DNA of 64,000 bases from Candidatus Krumholzibacteriota bacterium (GTDB lineage Bacteria > Krumholzibacteriota > Krumholzibacteriia > JAJRXK01): positions 640,001-704,000 of the forward strand of contig CAVXTH010000009.1 of NCBI GenBank assembly GCA_963764625.1. Direction: 5' to 3'. The notes below the pieces were generated by a model. That model was not told the origin of the DNA and did no database searches. It saw only the letters and a list, made by a program, of their open reading frames with translations. A program made the translations under genes and the position numbers. Positions 1 through 8,633 of this stretch are shown one piece after another (within the stretch, counting starts at the first letter, position 1; the number at the start of each line of letters is the position of its first letter).

Positions 1-1068
1 GGTCATGGCCGCGGCTCCGCTCTCCAGGCGGCGCAGATAGAGTGCCATCCGGGCCTCATTCAGCAAGTGTCCGGTGTCGTTGCTGGCGCTTCCATCCACT
101 CCCAGTCCGACCGAGACCCCGGCGGCGCGGAGGGTGGGTACCGGACACACGCCCGACCCCAGGCGCATATTGGAGGTGGGACAATGCGCGATGCCGATTC
201 CCGCCTTGCCCAGACGATCGATTTCGTGCTCGTCGAACCAGATGCCATGGGCCAACCAGACGTCGTCTCCGACCCACTCGACCTCTTCGAGGAAGTCCAG
301 CGGACGACAGGAAAAATGCCGTAGGCAGAACCCGGTCTCATCCCGTGTCTCGGCCAGATGGGTGTGGAGGCGCACGCCTTCGGCGCGCGCCAGACGCGCG
401 GTCTCGCGCATGAGGTCCCGGCTCACCGAGAACGGCGCGCACGGGGCCAGCCCCACCTGGTGCATCGAATAGCGCGCCGCGTCGTGCCAGCGCTGAATGA
501 CGCGCTCGCTGTCGAGCAGGATCAGGCTCTCGTCCTGCGTACACGAACGGGGCGGCAGTCCTCCCTGCGTATCGTCCACGCTCATCGATCCGCGGGTTCC
601 GTGAAACCGAATGCGCATCGCGGCCGCGGCGTGGAAGGTTGCATCCAAAAGATCGGGGGCGCCCGCACGCGGGAAGAGGTAATGGTGATCGCTGGTGGTG
701 GTGCACCCCGAGAGCAGCAGCTCGGCGAAGCCCACGCGGGCGGCTAGATCCAGATTCTCCGGGGTGAACCCGGCCCAGATGGGATAGAGGGTGGTGAGCC
801 ACTGGAAGAGTTCCGCGTCGGCGGCCGGTCCGAAGGCGCGGGTCAGATTCTGACAGAGATGATGGTGGACGTTCACCAGCCCCGGGATGACGACTCCGCC
901 TCCCAGTTCGACGACCGTCTCCCCGGGCCGGGGGGTGGGCTCGCCCTCGCCCAGCTCCACCACCATGGGACCTTCGCTGCGGATCCAGGCATCCCGCAGG
1001 ACCCGCCGGGCCGGATCCATGCAGACCAGGGTGCCGATCCCCCGCCAGAGTGTGAAGTGCGCGGACAT
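1..1068 (-). CDS. 8-oxoguanine deaminase / AtzB-like amidohydrolase (C-terminus runs off the window edge)
   Basis: Missing from the ORF track; translated by hand from ATG 1068: MSAHFTLWRG...IPGLVNVHHHLCQNLTRA...ELLLSGCTTTSDHHYLFP...LHTHLAET...AHCPTSNMRLGSG...GLGVDGSASND. These are amidohydrolase metal motifs, and the frame is open to position 1. Confidence 0.88.
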   Translation of the reverse strand, partial: MSAHFTLWRGIGTLVCMDPARRVLRDAWIRSEGPMVVELGEGEPTPRPGETVVELGGGVVIPGLVNVHHHLCQNLTRAFGPAADAELFQWLTTLYPIWAGFTPENLDLAARVGFAELLLSGCTTTSDHHYLFPRAGAPDLLDATFHAAAAMRIRFHGTRGSMSVDDTQGGLPPRSCTQDESLILLDSERVIQRWHDAARYSMHQVGLAPCAPFSVSRDLMRETARLARAEGVRLHTHLAETRDETGFCLRHFSCRPLDFLEEVEWVGDDVWLAHGIWFDEHEIDRLGKAGIGIAHCPTSNMRLGSGVCPVPTLRAAGVSVGLGVDGSASNDTGHLLNEARMALYLRRLESGAAAMT

Positions 1069-1309
1069 GGGCAGAGAGTAGCAGGAGCGCGGATTCTGAG
1101 AAAGTCTGCAAACGCGCCGAATTTCGGCCCAGAACAGGCTTTCACATCAAGTTTGTTGTCTCATTGTGTTGTGTTACAGCATTTCACAGCAAAATGTCGA
1201 TCCCGAAGGTCCCTTGACCCATCAAAACTCCACTGGGTTGCCCGGAGAATTCTCCTGGAACTTCTTGTGTAGAAGGAAGTTAAAAAACCTGTCCGAAAGT
1301 GGCCGGACT

Positions 1310-1325
1310 TGGCACCCGGCCTGCT
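1310..1325 (+). promoter_or_regulatory. sigma54 (RpoN) -24/-12 promoter
   Basis: TGGCACCCGGCCTGCT matches TGGCAC-N5-(T)TGCW with exact GG-N10-GC spacing (GG 1311-1312, GC 1323-1324). An AT-rich tract lies upstream (about 1140-1290). Predicted transcription start about 1336. Confidence 0.8.
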
Positions 1326-1335
1326 TACGGAACCA

Positions 1336-1721
1336 GAGATGCCACACGGACACCTCTGACTTGCGTGGTTTGAAACGGCGACAAAGTCGCGAGCGGGCGA
1401 CGCAAGAAGTGTGGAAGAAGAGGAGACGGAGCCCGAGTGGAGCTCGACAGAGAAGCGCTGCGCCGGTCACCCCACGACCCCACCCAGACCGGCGCGCCCA
1501 TCGGGAAGCGCTGGAGCGAATCGAGGGTTCTGTAGCAAGGAAAGGGTTCCGGGGAGTTGGCGAGAACTCCCTCAAGATGCCGCCCGGCATCGGTGAGCCC
1601 TCAGCTGACGACGTTGCGGTCGGTGCTCTTGGCGAGGGAGCATCGCCCCTCGACCGAATTGGTCCCGTCGCCAGTCCCCATGCGGGGCGTCCCAATCAGG
1701 GAGGGCGCCCCGCGTTTTTTT
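1336..1721 (+). ncRNA. candidate sigma54-dependent structured ncRNA of about 385 nt, family not recognised
   Basis: Bounded by the sigma54 promoter and a + strand terminator, with no credible ORF. Nested helices: 1342-1347/1409-1414, 1360-1366/1400-1406, 1454-1459/1507-1512, 1460-1468/1487-1495, 1523-1530/1595-1602, 1552-1558/1565-1571, 1576-1581/1586-1591, 1621-1630/1636-1645. Confidence 0.68.
1682..1721 (+). terminator. Rho-independent terminator of the + strand transcript
   Basis: Stem GCGGGGCGTCC...GGGCGCCCCGC followed by GTTTTTTT. There is no A-tract on the left side, so the U-tail works only on the + strand. Confidence 0.82.
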
Positions 1722-1733
1722 GTCCGTTTTTCC

Positions 1734-3716
1734 TCAGTTCTCGTCCTCGAGTTGCTTGCGCATCCAGGCGGGGCCCCTGCGCTGGAGAGCCTGAAGCACC
1801 GGCTCGTATTGAGCGGGCAGACGCTGAAAGGCCTGGCCCAAGATGTCGTCTTGCAGCGCTTTCAGGACCTGATTGAGAAGCCGAATGGTGCGTCGTTTCA
1901 CGCGGTGGCGCGGTTGCGATCCGGCGGTGAGAAGTTCGATCACCCGGGCGGTCGATCCACTGCTGACGAAGGCCTTCAGGGTCTCACCGTCGAGATAGTG
2001 GTTCATCTGGACTCGATCGACGATGGCCACGGGCTGGCCATGCGCGCGTCTTGACCTGAGTTGGCGGCTCGCCTCGAGCAGATTGAACCCGTTCTCGCGC
2101 CAGGCCGAGAGAATCTGTTCCTCGACGGAATCGCCGGTTCCACCCCGCGGGAGCGAAGCCTCCACTCCGTCCCTTGGTTGCTCGTTTCGCTGCGCGCCGG
2201 CGAAGCTCTTCTGTGGGTCGCGTCCCGCCGCCGCGGGGCCCGGGGCACCTTCAGGGGACTGAGGATCCGCGAGGGGTCGTTGACTCAGCTGCTGACTCGC
2301 GAACACGCGGCGCAGATGTTCGAGCCGAACGTGACGTTCGTCTCGGCTGCGGATGGCCAGCGCCTCGATCATGTTTTGGAGTTCGCGGACGTTGCCCGGG
2401 AAGAGATGGGCCTGAAGAGCGGAGATTACTTCAGGGTCCACCACCGGCTCCCGCAATCCAAAATCGGCGTAAAACCGCTTCAGAAACGCGCGGCTGAGAA
2501 TCTCGATGTCTCCGATGCGCTCACGCAGCGGGGGAAGGCGCAGCGGGTAGACTTGAACGCGATAGAAAAGGTCCTTGCGGAATTCCCCGCGTGCCACCGC
2601 TTCTCTGAGATCGACGTTGGTGGCGGCGACTACTCTGACGTCCACCGATCTGGTCTTCTCGCCCCCGACCGGTCGGAAGCGACCCTCCTGCAGCGCGCGC
2701 AGAAGGCGCGTCTGTGAGGCCAGGCTCATGTCTCCGATCTCGTCCAGAAAGAGGGTCCCACGATGCGCGAGCTCGAACGCGCCGCGCCGATCGCGCACCG
2801 CACCGGTGAATGCGCCACGCAGGTGTCCGAAGAGTTCGCTTTCGATGAGCTCACGGGGAATCGACGAACAGTCGACGATTTCCAGCGGTCCCCCCTGGCG
2901 GGCCGAGAGCTCGTGGATCGCGCGCGCCACGATTTCCTTTCCCGTACCACTCTCTCCCTGGATGAGCACGGTGGCGCGGCTGGGCGCCAGCTGCACCATG
3001 TCGCGGAAGAGCTGGAGGATCACTCTGCTTTCCCCGAGGATTCCGCGCAGTGGGGGATAGTTCTCGCGGAGTTCGCTCAGGGCGAGGGAGACTTCGCGAT
3101 GCACGTTTGTGGGAGTGCGTCCCAGGATGGGCGCCGGTCCCGCTCCTCGCTCGAGGGCGAGAGTGTAGAGCTCGGCCAAACTCGCGAAGACCTCGAGATC
3201 GTTCGACGAATACCCCTCGCTCAGAAGGCGCCTTCCCAAGAGCAAGAAGCCGAAGAGTCCCTGACGGCCGATGAGCGGACACACCACCGCGGCGTCGAGG
3301 GTCTCGATCTCCTTGCCGTAGGAGTGGAGGAAGTCCCCGGCCGGGCCGGGCACAAGATCCTGGTCGACGCGAAACGGCCGTCCATCGCTCTTTTGCTCGA
3401 AAGCCTGCGCCAGGGTACCCGGAAGGGGAACCTCGACTCTCTCCTCGATGTCCAATCCCGCGTGAACCAGAAGCTCCATGCGCTCGCGAGTGGGATCTCG
3501 CCGGAGGACGCTGGCCGAGGATGCGCCCAGGACGCCGATGACCGAGAGAAGCACGCGGCGGACCACGTCGTCCGCGTCCCGCGCGCGCAGGAGCTCGCGG
3601 CTGGTCTCGACCAGAGTGAGCAGCTCGAAGATGCGGGTCTGCAGGTCGTCCGTGCTCGCGTGGGCGAAGTCGAGGTATTCACCCGTGAACGGTATTTCTT
3701 CCTCGCGGTCGATCAC
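1734..3716 (-). CDS. sigma54-dependent enhancer-binding activator: GAF + AAA+ + atypical C-terminal domain
   Basis: GESGTGKE Walker A, GAFTGA, FLDEIGD Walker B, DLFYR, PGNVRELQN; N-terminal GAF-like region. GTG 3716 has the RBS GGGAGG (the ORF track starts at 3740). Confidence 0.93.
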   Translation of the reverse strand: MIDREEEIPFTGEYLDFAHASTDDLQTRIFELLTLVETSRELLRARDADDVVRRVLLSVIGVLGASSASVLRRDPTRERMELLVHAGLDIEERVEVPLPGTLAQAFEQKSDGRPFRVDQDLVPGPAGDFLHSYGKEIETLDAAVVCPLIGRQGLFGFLLLGRRLLSEGYSSNDLEVFASLAELYTLALERGAGPAPILGRTPTNVHREVSLALSELRENYPPLRGILGESRVILQLFRDMVQLAPSRATVLIQGESGTGKEIVARAIHELSARQGGPLEIVDCSSIPRELIESELFGHLRGAFTGAVRDRRGAFELAHRGTLFLDEIGDMSLASQTRLLRALQEGRFRPVGGEKTRSVDVRVVAATNVDLREAVARGEFRKDLFYRVQVYPLRLPPLRERIGDIEILSRAFLKRFYADFGLREPVVDPEVISALQAHLFPGNVRELQNMIEALAIRSRDERHVRLEHLRRVFASQQLSQRPLADPQSPEGAPGPAAAGRDPQKSFAGAQRNEQPRDGVEASLPRGGTGDSVEEQILSAWRENGFNLLEASRQLRSRRAHGQPVAIVDRVQMNHYLDGETLKAFVSSGSTARVIELLTAGSQPRHRVKRRTIRLLNQVLKALQDDILGQAFQRLPAQYEPVLQALQRRGPAWMRKQLEDEN

Positions 3717-3959
3717 GAATCCTCCCCGTGATGGAGTCACGCGTCAGCCCAGAGGACATACGCACGAATCCCCCGGTGGGTTCGAAAGCTCGCAGCGGTG
3801 GCGAATCAAAGGCGAGACTAGCATGAAGCCGCCTCGCTGTCCCTCGCGGCCCTTTACGCCTGCCCGCGAGGCTTCTACACTCCAGCTTCCGGTCGCCGGC
3901 GGCGAGCAACAAGACGCCACCGCGGCCGAGAACGACTTTCCTTCAGCCGGAGGCTCGCC

Positions 3960-5567
3960 GTGCGCAGGCTCTCGAGTGCCGTTCTTCCCAACTCGCCGGA
4001 CTTCAAACGCAATCTGAGCGCGAACCGCGCCCGCGCGGAGGCACTGAAGGAGGCCCTGGCCGCGGTTCGGCTCGGAGGGAGCGAGCGCTCGCGCGAACTG
4101 CATCAGAGCCGCGGCAAGCTCCTGGTGCGCGACCGCATCGACGCCCTGCTCGATCAGGGTAGCCCGTTCCTGGAATTTTCGCCGCTCGCCGCGCACGAAG
4201 TGTACTCCGCGCCGCTTCCGGCTGCGGGGATCGTGACCGGAGTCGGCAACATCCACGGCCGGCAGGTGATGATCGTCGCCAATGACGCCACGGTGAAAGG
4301 CGGAACCTATCATCCGCTCACCGTGAAGAAACACCTGCGCGCTCAGGAAATCGCGCTCGAGAATCGGCTTCCCTGCATCTATCTCGTGGACAGCGGGGGG
4401 GCATTCCTGCCGCTGCAGGCCGAGGTCTTTCCCGATCGCGAGCACTTCGGCCGCATCTTTTACAACCAGGCTCAGATGAGTGCCCGTGACATCCCCCAGA
4501 TCTCGGCCGTGCTGGGTTCTTGCACCGCCGGTGGCGCCTACGTTCCCGCAATGAGCGATGAAGTGGTCATCGTGAAGGAACAGGGAACCATCTTTCTGGG
4601 CGGCCCCCCTCTGGTCAAAGCGGCAACCGGGGAGGAGGTCACTACCGAGGAACTCGGAGGGGGCGACGTGCACACCCGAATTAGCGGTGTCGCCGACGCT
4701 CTGGCCAACGACGACTCGCACGCGCTCTCCATCGTGCGGAACATGGTGGAGAACCTGCGCCTCGAGCAAAAGGCGATGATGCCGCGAGAGTCCCCCGAAG
4801 ATCCGCATTACGACCCGGAAGAGCTGATGGGAATTCTGCCCGAGGATCCGCGTCGGCCCTTCGAGGTGCGCGAAGTCATCGCGCGTCTCGTCGATGGTTC
4901 GCGCTTCCACGAGTTCAAGGAACGTTATGGCACGACCGTGGTCACTGGCTTCGGGCGTGTGCACGGTTACGAGATCGGAATCGTCGCCAACAACGGAGTT
5001 CTGTTCAGCGAGAGCGCGCTCAAGGTGACCCACTTCGTTCAGTTGTGCTGCGCCCGCCGGATCCCGCTCCTCTTTCTCCAGAACATCACCGGATACATGG
5101 TCGGGAAGAAATACGAGCAGGGTGGCATCGCCAAGGATGGGGCCAAGATGGTGAACGCGGTGGCGAACGCCGCGGTCCCCAAATTCACCATCATCATCGG
5201 TGGGAGTCATGGGGCCGGCAATTACGGCATGTGCGGGCGGGCCTATCAGCCACGCCTTCTCTTCATGTGGCCGGGCAGTCGTATCAGCGTGATGGGCGGC
5301 GAACAAGCCGCGGGAGTGCTCGCCACCGTCAAGCAGGAGCAACTCGCGCGCAAGGGCGAGGCAATGTCGCCGGAGGAAGAGGAGGCCTTCAAGCAACCGA
5401 TTCTGGACAAGTACGCTCTGGAGAGTTCCCCCTACTATTCCACCGCGCGGCTGTGGGATGACGGAATCATCGATCCCCTGCAGACGCGCGACATCTTAGG
5501 GCTTTCTCTGGAGATGTCCTTCAACGCACCCTTGCAGAAAACCGATTACGGCGTATTTCGTTTCTAG
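3960..5567 (+). CDS. mccB: 3-methylcrotonyl-CoA carboxylase carboxyltransferase (beta) subunit
   Basis: [62 protein letters not shown], terminal GVFRF. Confidence 0.93.
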   Translation: MRRLSSAVLPNSPDFKRNLSANRARAEALKEALAAVRLGGSERSRELHQSRGKLLVRDRIDALLDQGSPFLEFSPLAAHEVYSAPLPAAGIVTGVGNIHGRQVMIVANDATVKGGTYHPLTVKKHLRAQEIALENRLPCIYLVDSGGAFLPLQAEVFPDREHFGRIFYNQAQMSARDIPQISAVLGSCTAGGAYVPAMSDEVVIVKEQGTIFLGGPPLVKAATGEEVTTEELGGGDVHTRISGVADALANDDSHALSIVRNMVENLRLEQKAMMPRESPEDPHYDPEELMGILPEDPRRPFEVREVIARLVDGSRFHEFKERYGTTVVTGFGRVHGYEIGIVANNGVLFSESALKVTHFVQLCCARRIPLLFLQNITGYMVGKKYEQGGIAKDGAKMVNAVANAAVPKFTIIIGGSHGAGNYGMCGRAYQPRLLFMWPGSRISVMGGEQAAGVLATVKQEQLARKGEAMSPEEEEAFKQPILDKYALESSPYYSTARLWDDGIIDPLQTRDILGLSLEMSFNAPLQKTDYGVFRF

Positions 5568-5663
5568 CTCGACAAACGGCTCCCGCGCGTTCCCCGATCG
5601 GAATTCCGACCTTCCGCGGGCTCTAGGCCAGAGCTGGTCGTACAGCACCATCGGAGAGTGATC

Positions 5664-7010
5664 ATGGATCTCAACGCGTCCTACAAAGCGCACGTGGAGG
5701 AACTCGACGAACGTACCACCTCGATTCTGCGGACGCTCTCGAAGAAGAACGGAGGGTATCGAGGCATCGTCTTTGCGGCCGGGGGGGAGACCCTCTACCA
5801 CGCTGACGATCAACCCGTGCCGTTCAAACCGTCCTTCCACTTCGCGCGTTGGGCTCCCGTCAAGGGTCCAGATCATCTATTGGTGTTCCGCCCACAGGAG
5901 GTTCCGCTGCTAGTTCGAGTGGTGCCGCGAGACTATTGGTACGAGACTCCGACCGAAATCGAGCATCCCTATCCCCGTACTCTCTGCGTGGAAACCGTGG
6001 CCGATGTCCGGGCCGCGGTGGGGGCGGTCGGGAGGCTGGAAGGTTTCGCCTACGTCGGGCCCGACTCGAAAATGGCACGAGCCCTGGACATTCCGGCCGG
6101 AGACGTGGAGCCGGAAGAACTCATGATGCGACTCGATTGGGACCGGGGCTTAAAAACGCCCTACGAAATCGACTGCATTCGCGGCGCGGTGCGCAAGGCC
6201 GCGCGCGGCCATGCCACGGTTCGCGCCGCGGCGGAGGAGGGGTACTCCGAACGCGTCATGCACGCCAGTTATCTTGCCGCCATCGAACATCTGGAACACG
6301 AAGTTCCCTATACAAACATCATCGCCTGGAATGAACACTCCGCGGTTCTTCACTACCAGAGCAAGGAAGTCACACTGCCCTCCGCCACCCGGAACTTGCT
6401 GATCGATGCAGGGGCAATGGTCCACGGCTACGCAAGTGACATCACCCGGACCTATCCCCAGGCGGCAGCGCACCGTATTTTCCGCGAGCTGGTAACTCAA
6501 CTCGAGCTCTTACAGCGCGAGCTCGTCGAGGGCGTGGGGCCGGGTCGATCTTATCTCGAGCTGCACGAAACGGCTCACCGGGGAGTGGCCAAGATCCTCT
6601 GCGATCTCGCGGTGTTGAAAGTCAGTCCCGAGGAGGCCTTCGATCAGGGTCTCACCGACCCCTTCTTCCCGCACGGCCTGGGTCATCATCTGGGTCTCCA
6701 GGTGCACGACGTTGGGGGACGGCAAGAATCACCCTCGGGGGGCCACGTCGAACCTCCGGCCCGCCATGCCCACCTGCGCACCACGCGCGCCATGGCTCCG
6801 GGCCAAGTTCTCACCATCGAGCCGGGAATCTACTTCATCGCGATGTTGTTGGAACCGTTCCGACAGGGTGAGCGGGCTTCCGCATTCAACTGGAAGCTGA
6901 TCGACGAGTTGCTGCTCTGCGGAGGCGCGCGCATCGAGGACGACATTCTCTGCACGGCTGGTGGCAGAGAAGATCTGTCCCGCGGAAGCATCCCCGGTCA
7001 CCTCGACTGA
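5664..7010 (+). CDS. pepQ: Xaa-Pro dipeptidase (prolidase, M24B)
   Basis: LLIDAGA, YASDITRT, PHGLGHHLGLQVHDVGG, TIEPGIYF, GGARIEDD. Confidence 0.9.
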   Translation: MDLNASYKAHVEELDERTTSILRTLSKKNGGYRGIVFAAGGETLYHADDQPVPFKPSFHFARWAPVKGPDHLLVFRPQEVPLLVRVVPRDYWYETPTEIEHPYPRTLCVETVADVRAAVGAVGRLEGFAYVGPDSKMARALDIPAGDVEPEELMMRLDWDRGLKTPYEIDCIRGAVRKAARGHATVRAAAEEGYSERVMHASYLAAIEHLEHEVPYTNIIAWNEHSAVLHYQSKEVTLPSATRNLLIDAGAMVHGYASDITRTYPQAAAHRIFRELVTQLELLQRELVEGVGPGRSYLELHETAHRGVAKILCDLAVLKVSPEEAFDQGLTDPFFPHGLGHHLGLQVHDVGGRQESPSGGHVEPPARHAHLRTTRAMAPGQVLTIEPGIYFIAMLLEPFRQGERASAFNWKLIDELLLCGGARIEDDILCTAGGREDLSRGSIPGHLD

Positions 7011-7032
7011 AGCGCTTTCGGTTCTCAGGGAG

Positions 7033-8445
7033 CTACGCGGATTCCGCGTAGTGATCGGAGAGAACCTTCGCCACGCACGAAGTCAGCCGCTTCGCGGTCT
7101 TGACGTGGAGGAATTCGTTCGGACCGTGCGCGTTCGACGAGGGCCCGAGGACTCCGGTGATCAGGAACTGCGCCTTGGGAAAGCGCTTCCCGAGCATGGC
7201 CATGAAGGGAATGCTTCCCCCTTCGCCCATGTAGCAAGCCGGTTTTCCGAAGAAGGTTTTCGAAGCCTCCTCGAGGGATGATTCCAGCCAAGAAGCCAGC
7301 GGTGGGGCGTCCCATCCGGCGGCGGGCTCGTCGATCACGAACTCGACACGAGCGTCGTAGGGTGGGTTGGACTCCATGGCCTTCTTGAGGCTCGCCGCGG
7401 CCAGTTTCGGATCGGCCGTTGGCGGGAGCCGGAAGGACAATTTGAAGATCGTCTCGGGTCGTAGAACGTTTCCCGCGTTGCGAACGCTGGGAAAGCCGTC
7501 GGCGCCGGTGACGCACAGAGTGGGCCGCCAGGTGCGCCGGAGCACCAATTCGGTCTTGTCGTTCGTGGTCGGCTTGGTGCCCGGATTCAAGGGAAACTGC
7601 TCGTAGACACTATCCCCGAGCATCTTCGCCACCACTTCGGCTTGTTGCATGCGCTGCTCGGGGATCGTCACGTTCAATTCCGGCAGGAGAATGTCGCCGG
7701 TCTCCTGATCTTCGATGCGACTGAGGATGGCTCTCGCCACGCGGAAGCTCTCCGCGACCACGCCGCTCCCGTCTCCGGAGTGTACCCCCTCGGTGAGGAG
7801 CTGGATCGTGAGCTTCCCGGTGACGTTGCCACGAAGACTGGTCGTGCTCCAGAGCTGGTCGTAGTTGCCGCAACCCGAGTCGAGACACACCACCAGGCTC
7901 GGAGTGCCGATGCGATCGGAGAGATGTTCGATGTAGGCGGGCAGATCGGGGCTACCACTTTCCTCGCACGCCTCGATGAGAACGACACAGCGCGCATGGT
8001 CGAGCCCCTGATCCTGCAGCGATTCGATCGCGGTCATGGCCGCGAAGATGGCATACCCGTCGTCAGCCCCTCCACGACCAAAGAGCTTGCCGTCCTGCAG
8101 AACTGGCGTCCAGGGTCCTTTCCCCTCGTCCCATCCGACCATCTCGGGTTGCTTGTCGAGGTGACCGTAGAGCAGCACGGTTTCGCTGCCCTTGCCCGGA
8201 ATTTCGATGAAAATGAGCGGAGTACGCTTGGGCAGGCGGATCAACTCCAGCTTCAGGCCTTCGACACTGCGATCCTTGGCCCAGTCGCTCAACAGCTGCA
8301 CTGCCTTCTCCATGTGACCGTGTTCTTCCCACTCCGGGTCGAACATCGGTGACTTGTTGGGAATGGCGATGTATTCGGCGATGACGGGAAGAATCTCCTC
8401 CTCCCACGTTTGCTCGACGTGATTCTGCAACCGGTCCAAGTCCAT
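7033..8445 (-). CDS. M20 family metallopeptidase/dipeptidase
   Basis: YGHLDKQP, GRGGADDG, EESGS, EGVHSG, GGSIP, NAHGPNE. Confidence 0.9.
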   Translation of the reverse strand: MDLDRLQNHVEQTWEEEILPVIAEYIAIPNKSPMFDPEWEEHGHMEKAVQLLSDWAKDRSVEGLKLELIRLPKRTPLIFIEIPGKGSETVLLYGHLDKQPEMVGWDEGKGPWTPVLQDGKLFGRGGADDGYAIFAAMTAIESLQDQGLDHARCVVLIEACEESGSPDLPAYIEHLSDRIGTPSLVVCLDSGCGNYDQLWSTTSLRGNVTGKLTIQLLTEGVHSGDGSGVVAESFRVARAILSRIEDQETGDILLPELNVTIPEQRMQQAEVVAKMLGDSVYEQFPLNPGTKPTTNDKTELVLRRTWRPTLCVTGADGFPSVRNAGNVLRPETIFKLSFRLPPTADPKLAAASLKKAMESNPPYDARVEFVIDEPAAGWDAPPLASWLESSLEEASKTFFGKPACYMGEGGSIPFMAMLGKRFPKAQFLITGVLGPSSNAHGPNEFLHVKTAKRLTSCVAKVLSDHYAESA

Positions 8446-8633
8446 GGCTCCTCCAGATGGGACTTTGATGTTTCTCTGCCTAGCCTAGCAGGCGAGGTCC
8501 ATTTGGGCCAGGGGTCTGGTGGACGAGTTTCCAGGAGCCCTCTATACTGCCCTCCCGTCCCGTCGCGTCCACTGGCGCCGGGAAGGACTCGATTCCCCGT
8601 TCTACGCCTCGATTCGCGTGAAGGAATTCCAAC

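Noticed and set aside
338-1111. 257-aa minus-strand ORF in the track
   Set aside because: Wrong frame; the real amidohydrolase is in the frame from 1068 that runs off the window edge.
1375-1410. Resemblance to a c-di-GMP-I riboswitch (CAAA...GACGCAA)
   Set aside because: No GNRA-capped P2, no P3/tetraloop receptor, and no downstream + strand gene.
1336-1721. RNase P RNA or tmRNA, suggested by size
   Set aside because: No GAGGAAAGTCC or terminal RNase P signature, and no tRNA-like TTCGA...CCA end on either strand.
1166-1876. ORFs across the candidate ncRNA (1166-1876 +, 1222-1695 -, 1411-1596 +)
   Set aside because: Arg/Pro/Ser-rich composition, no recognisable motifs, and the longer ones cross the promoter or terminator signals.
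3744-5396. Long antisense ORFs (also 11180-12679, 22509-24200, 41913-43958, 51734-53872)
   Set aside because: Shadows of well-supported genes on the opposite strand, expected with high-GC codon bias.
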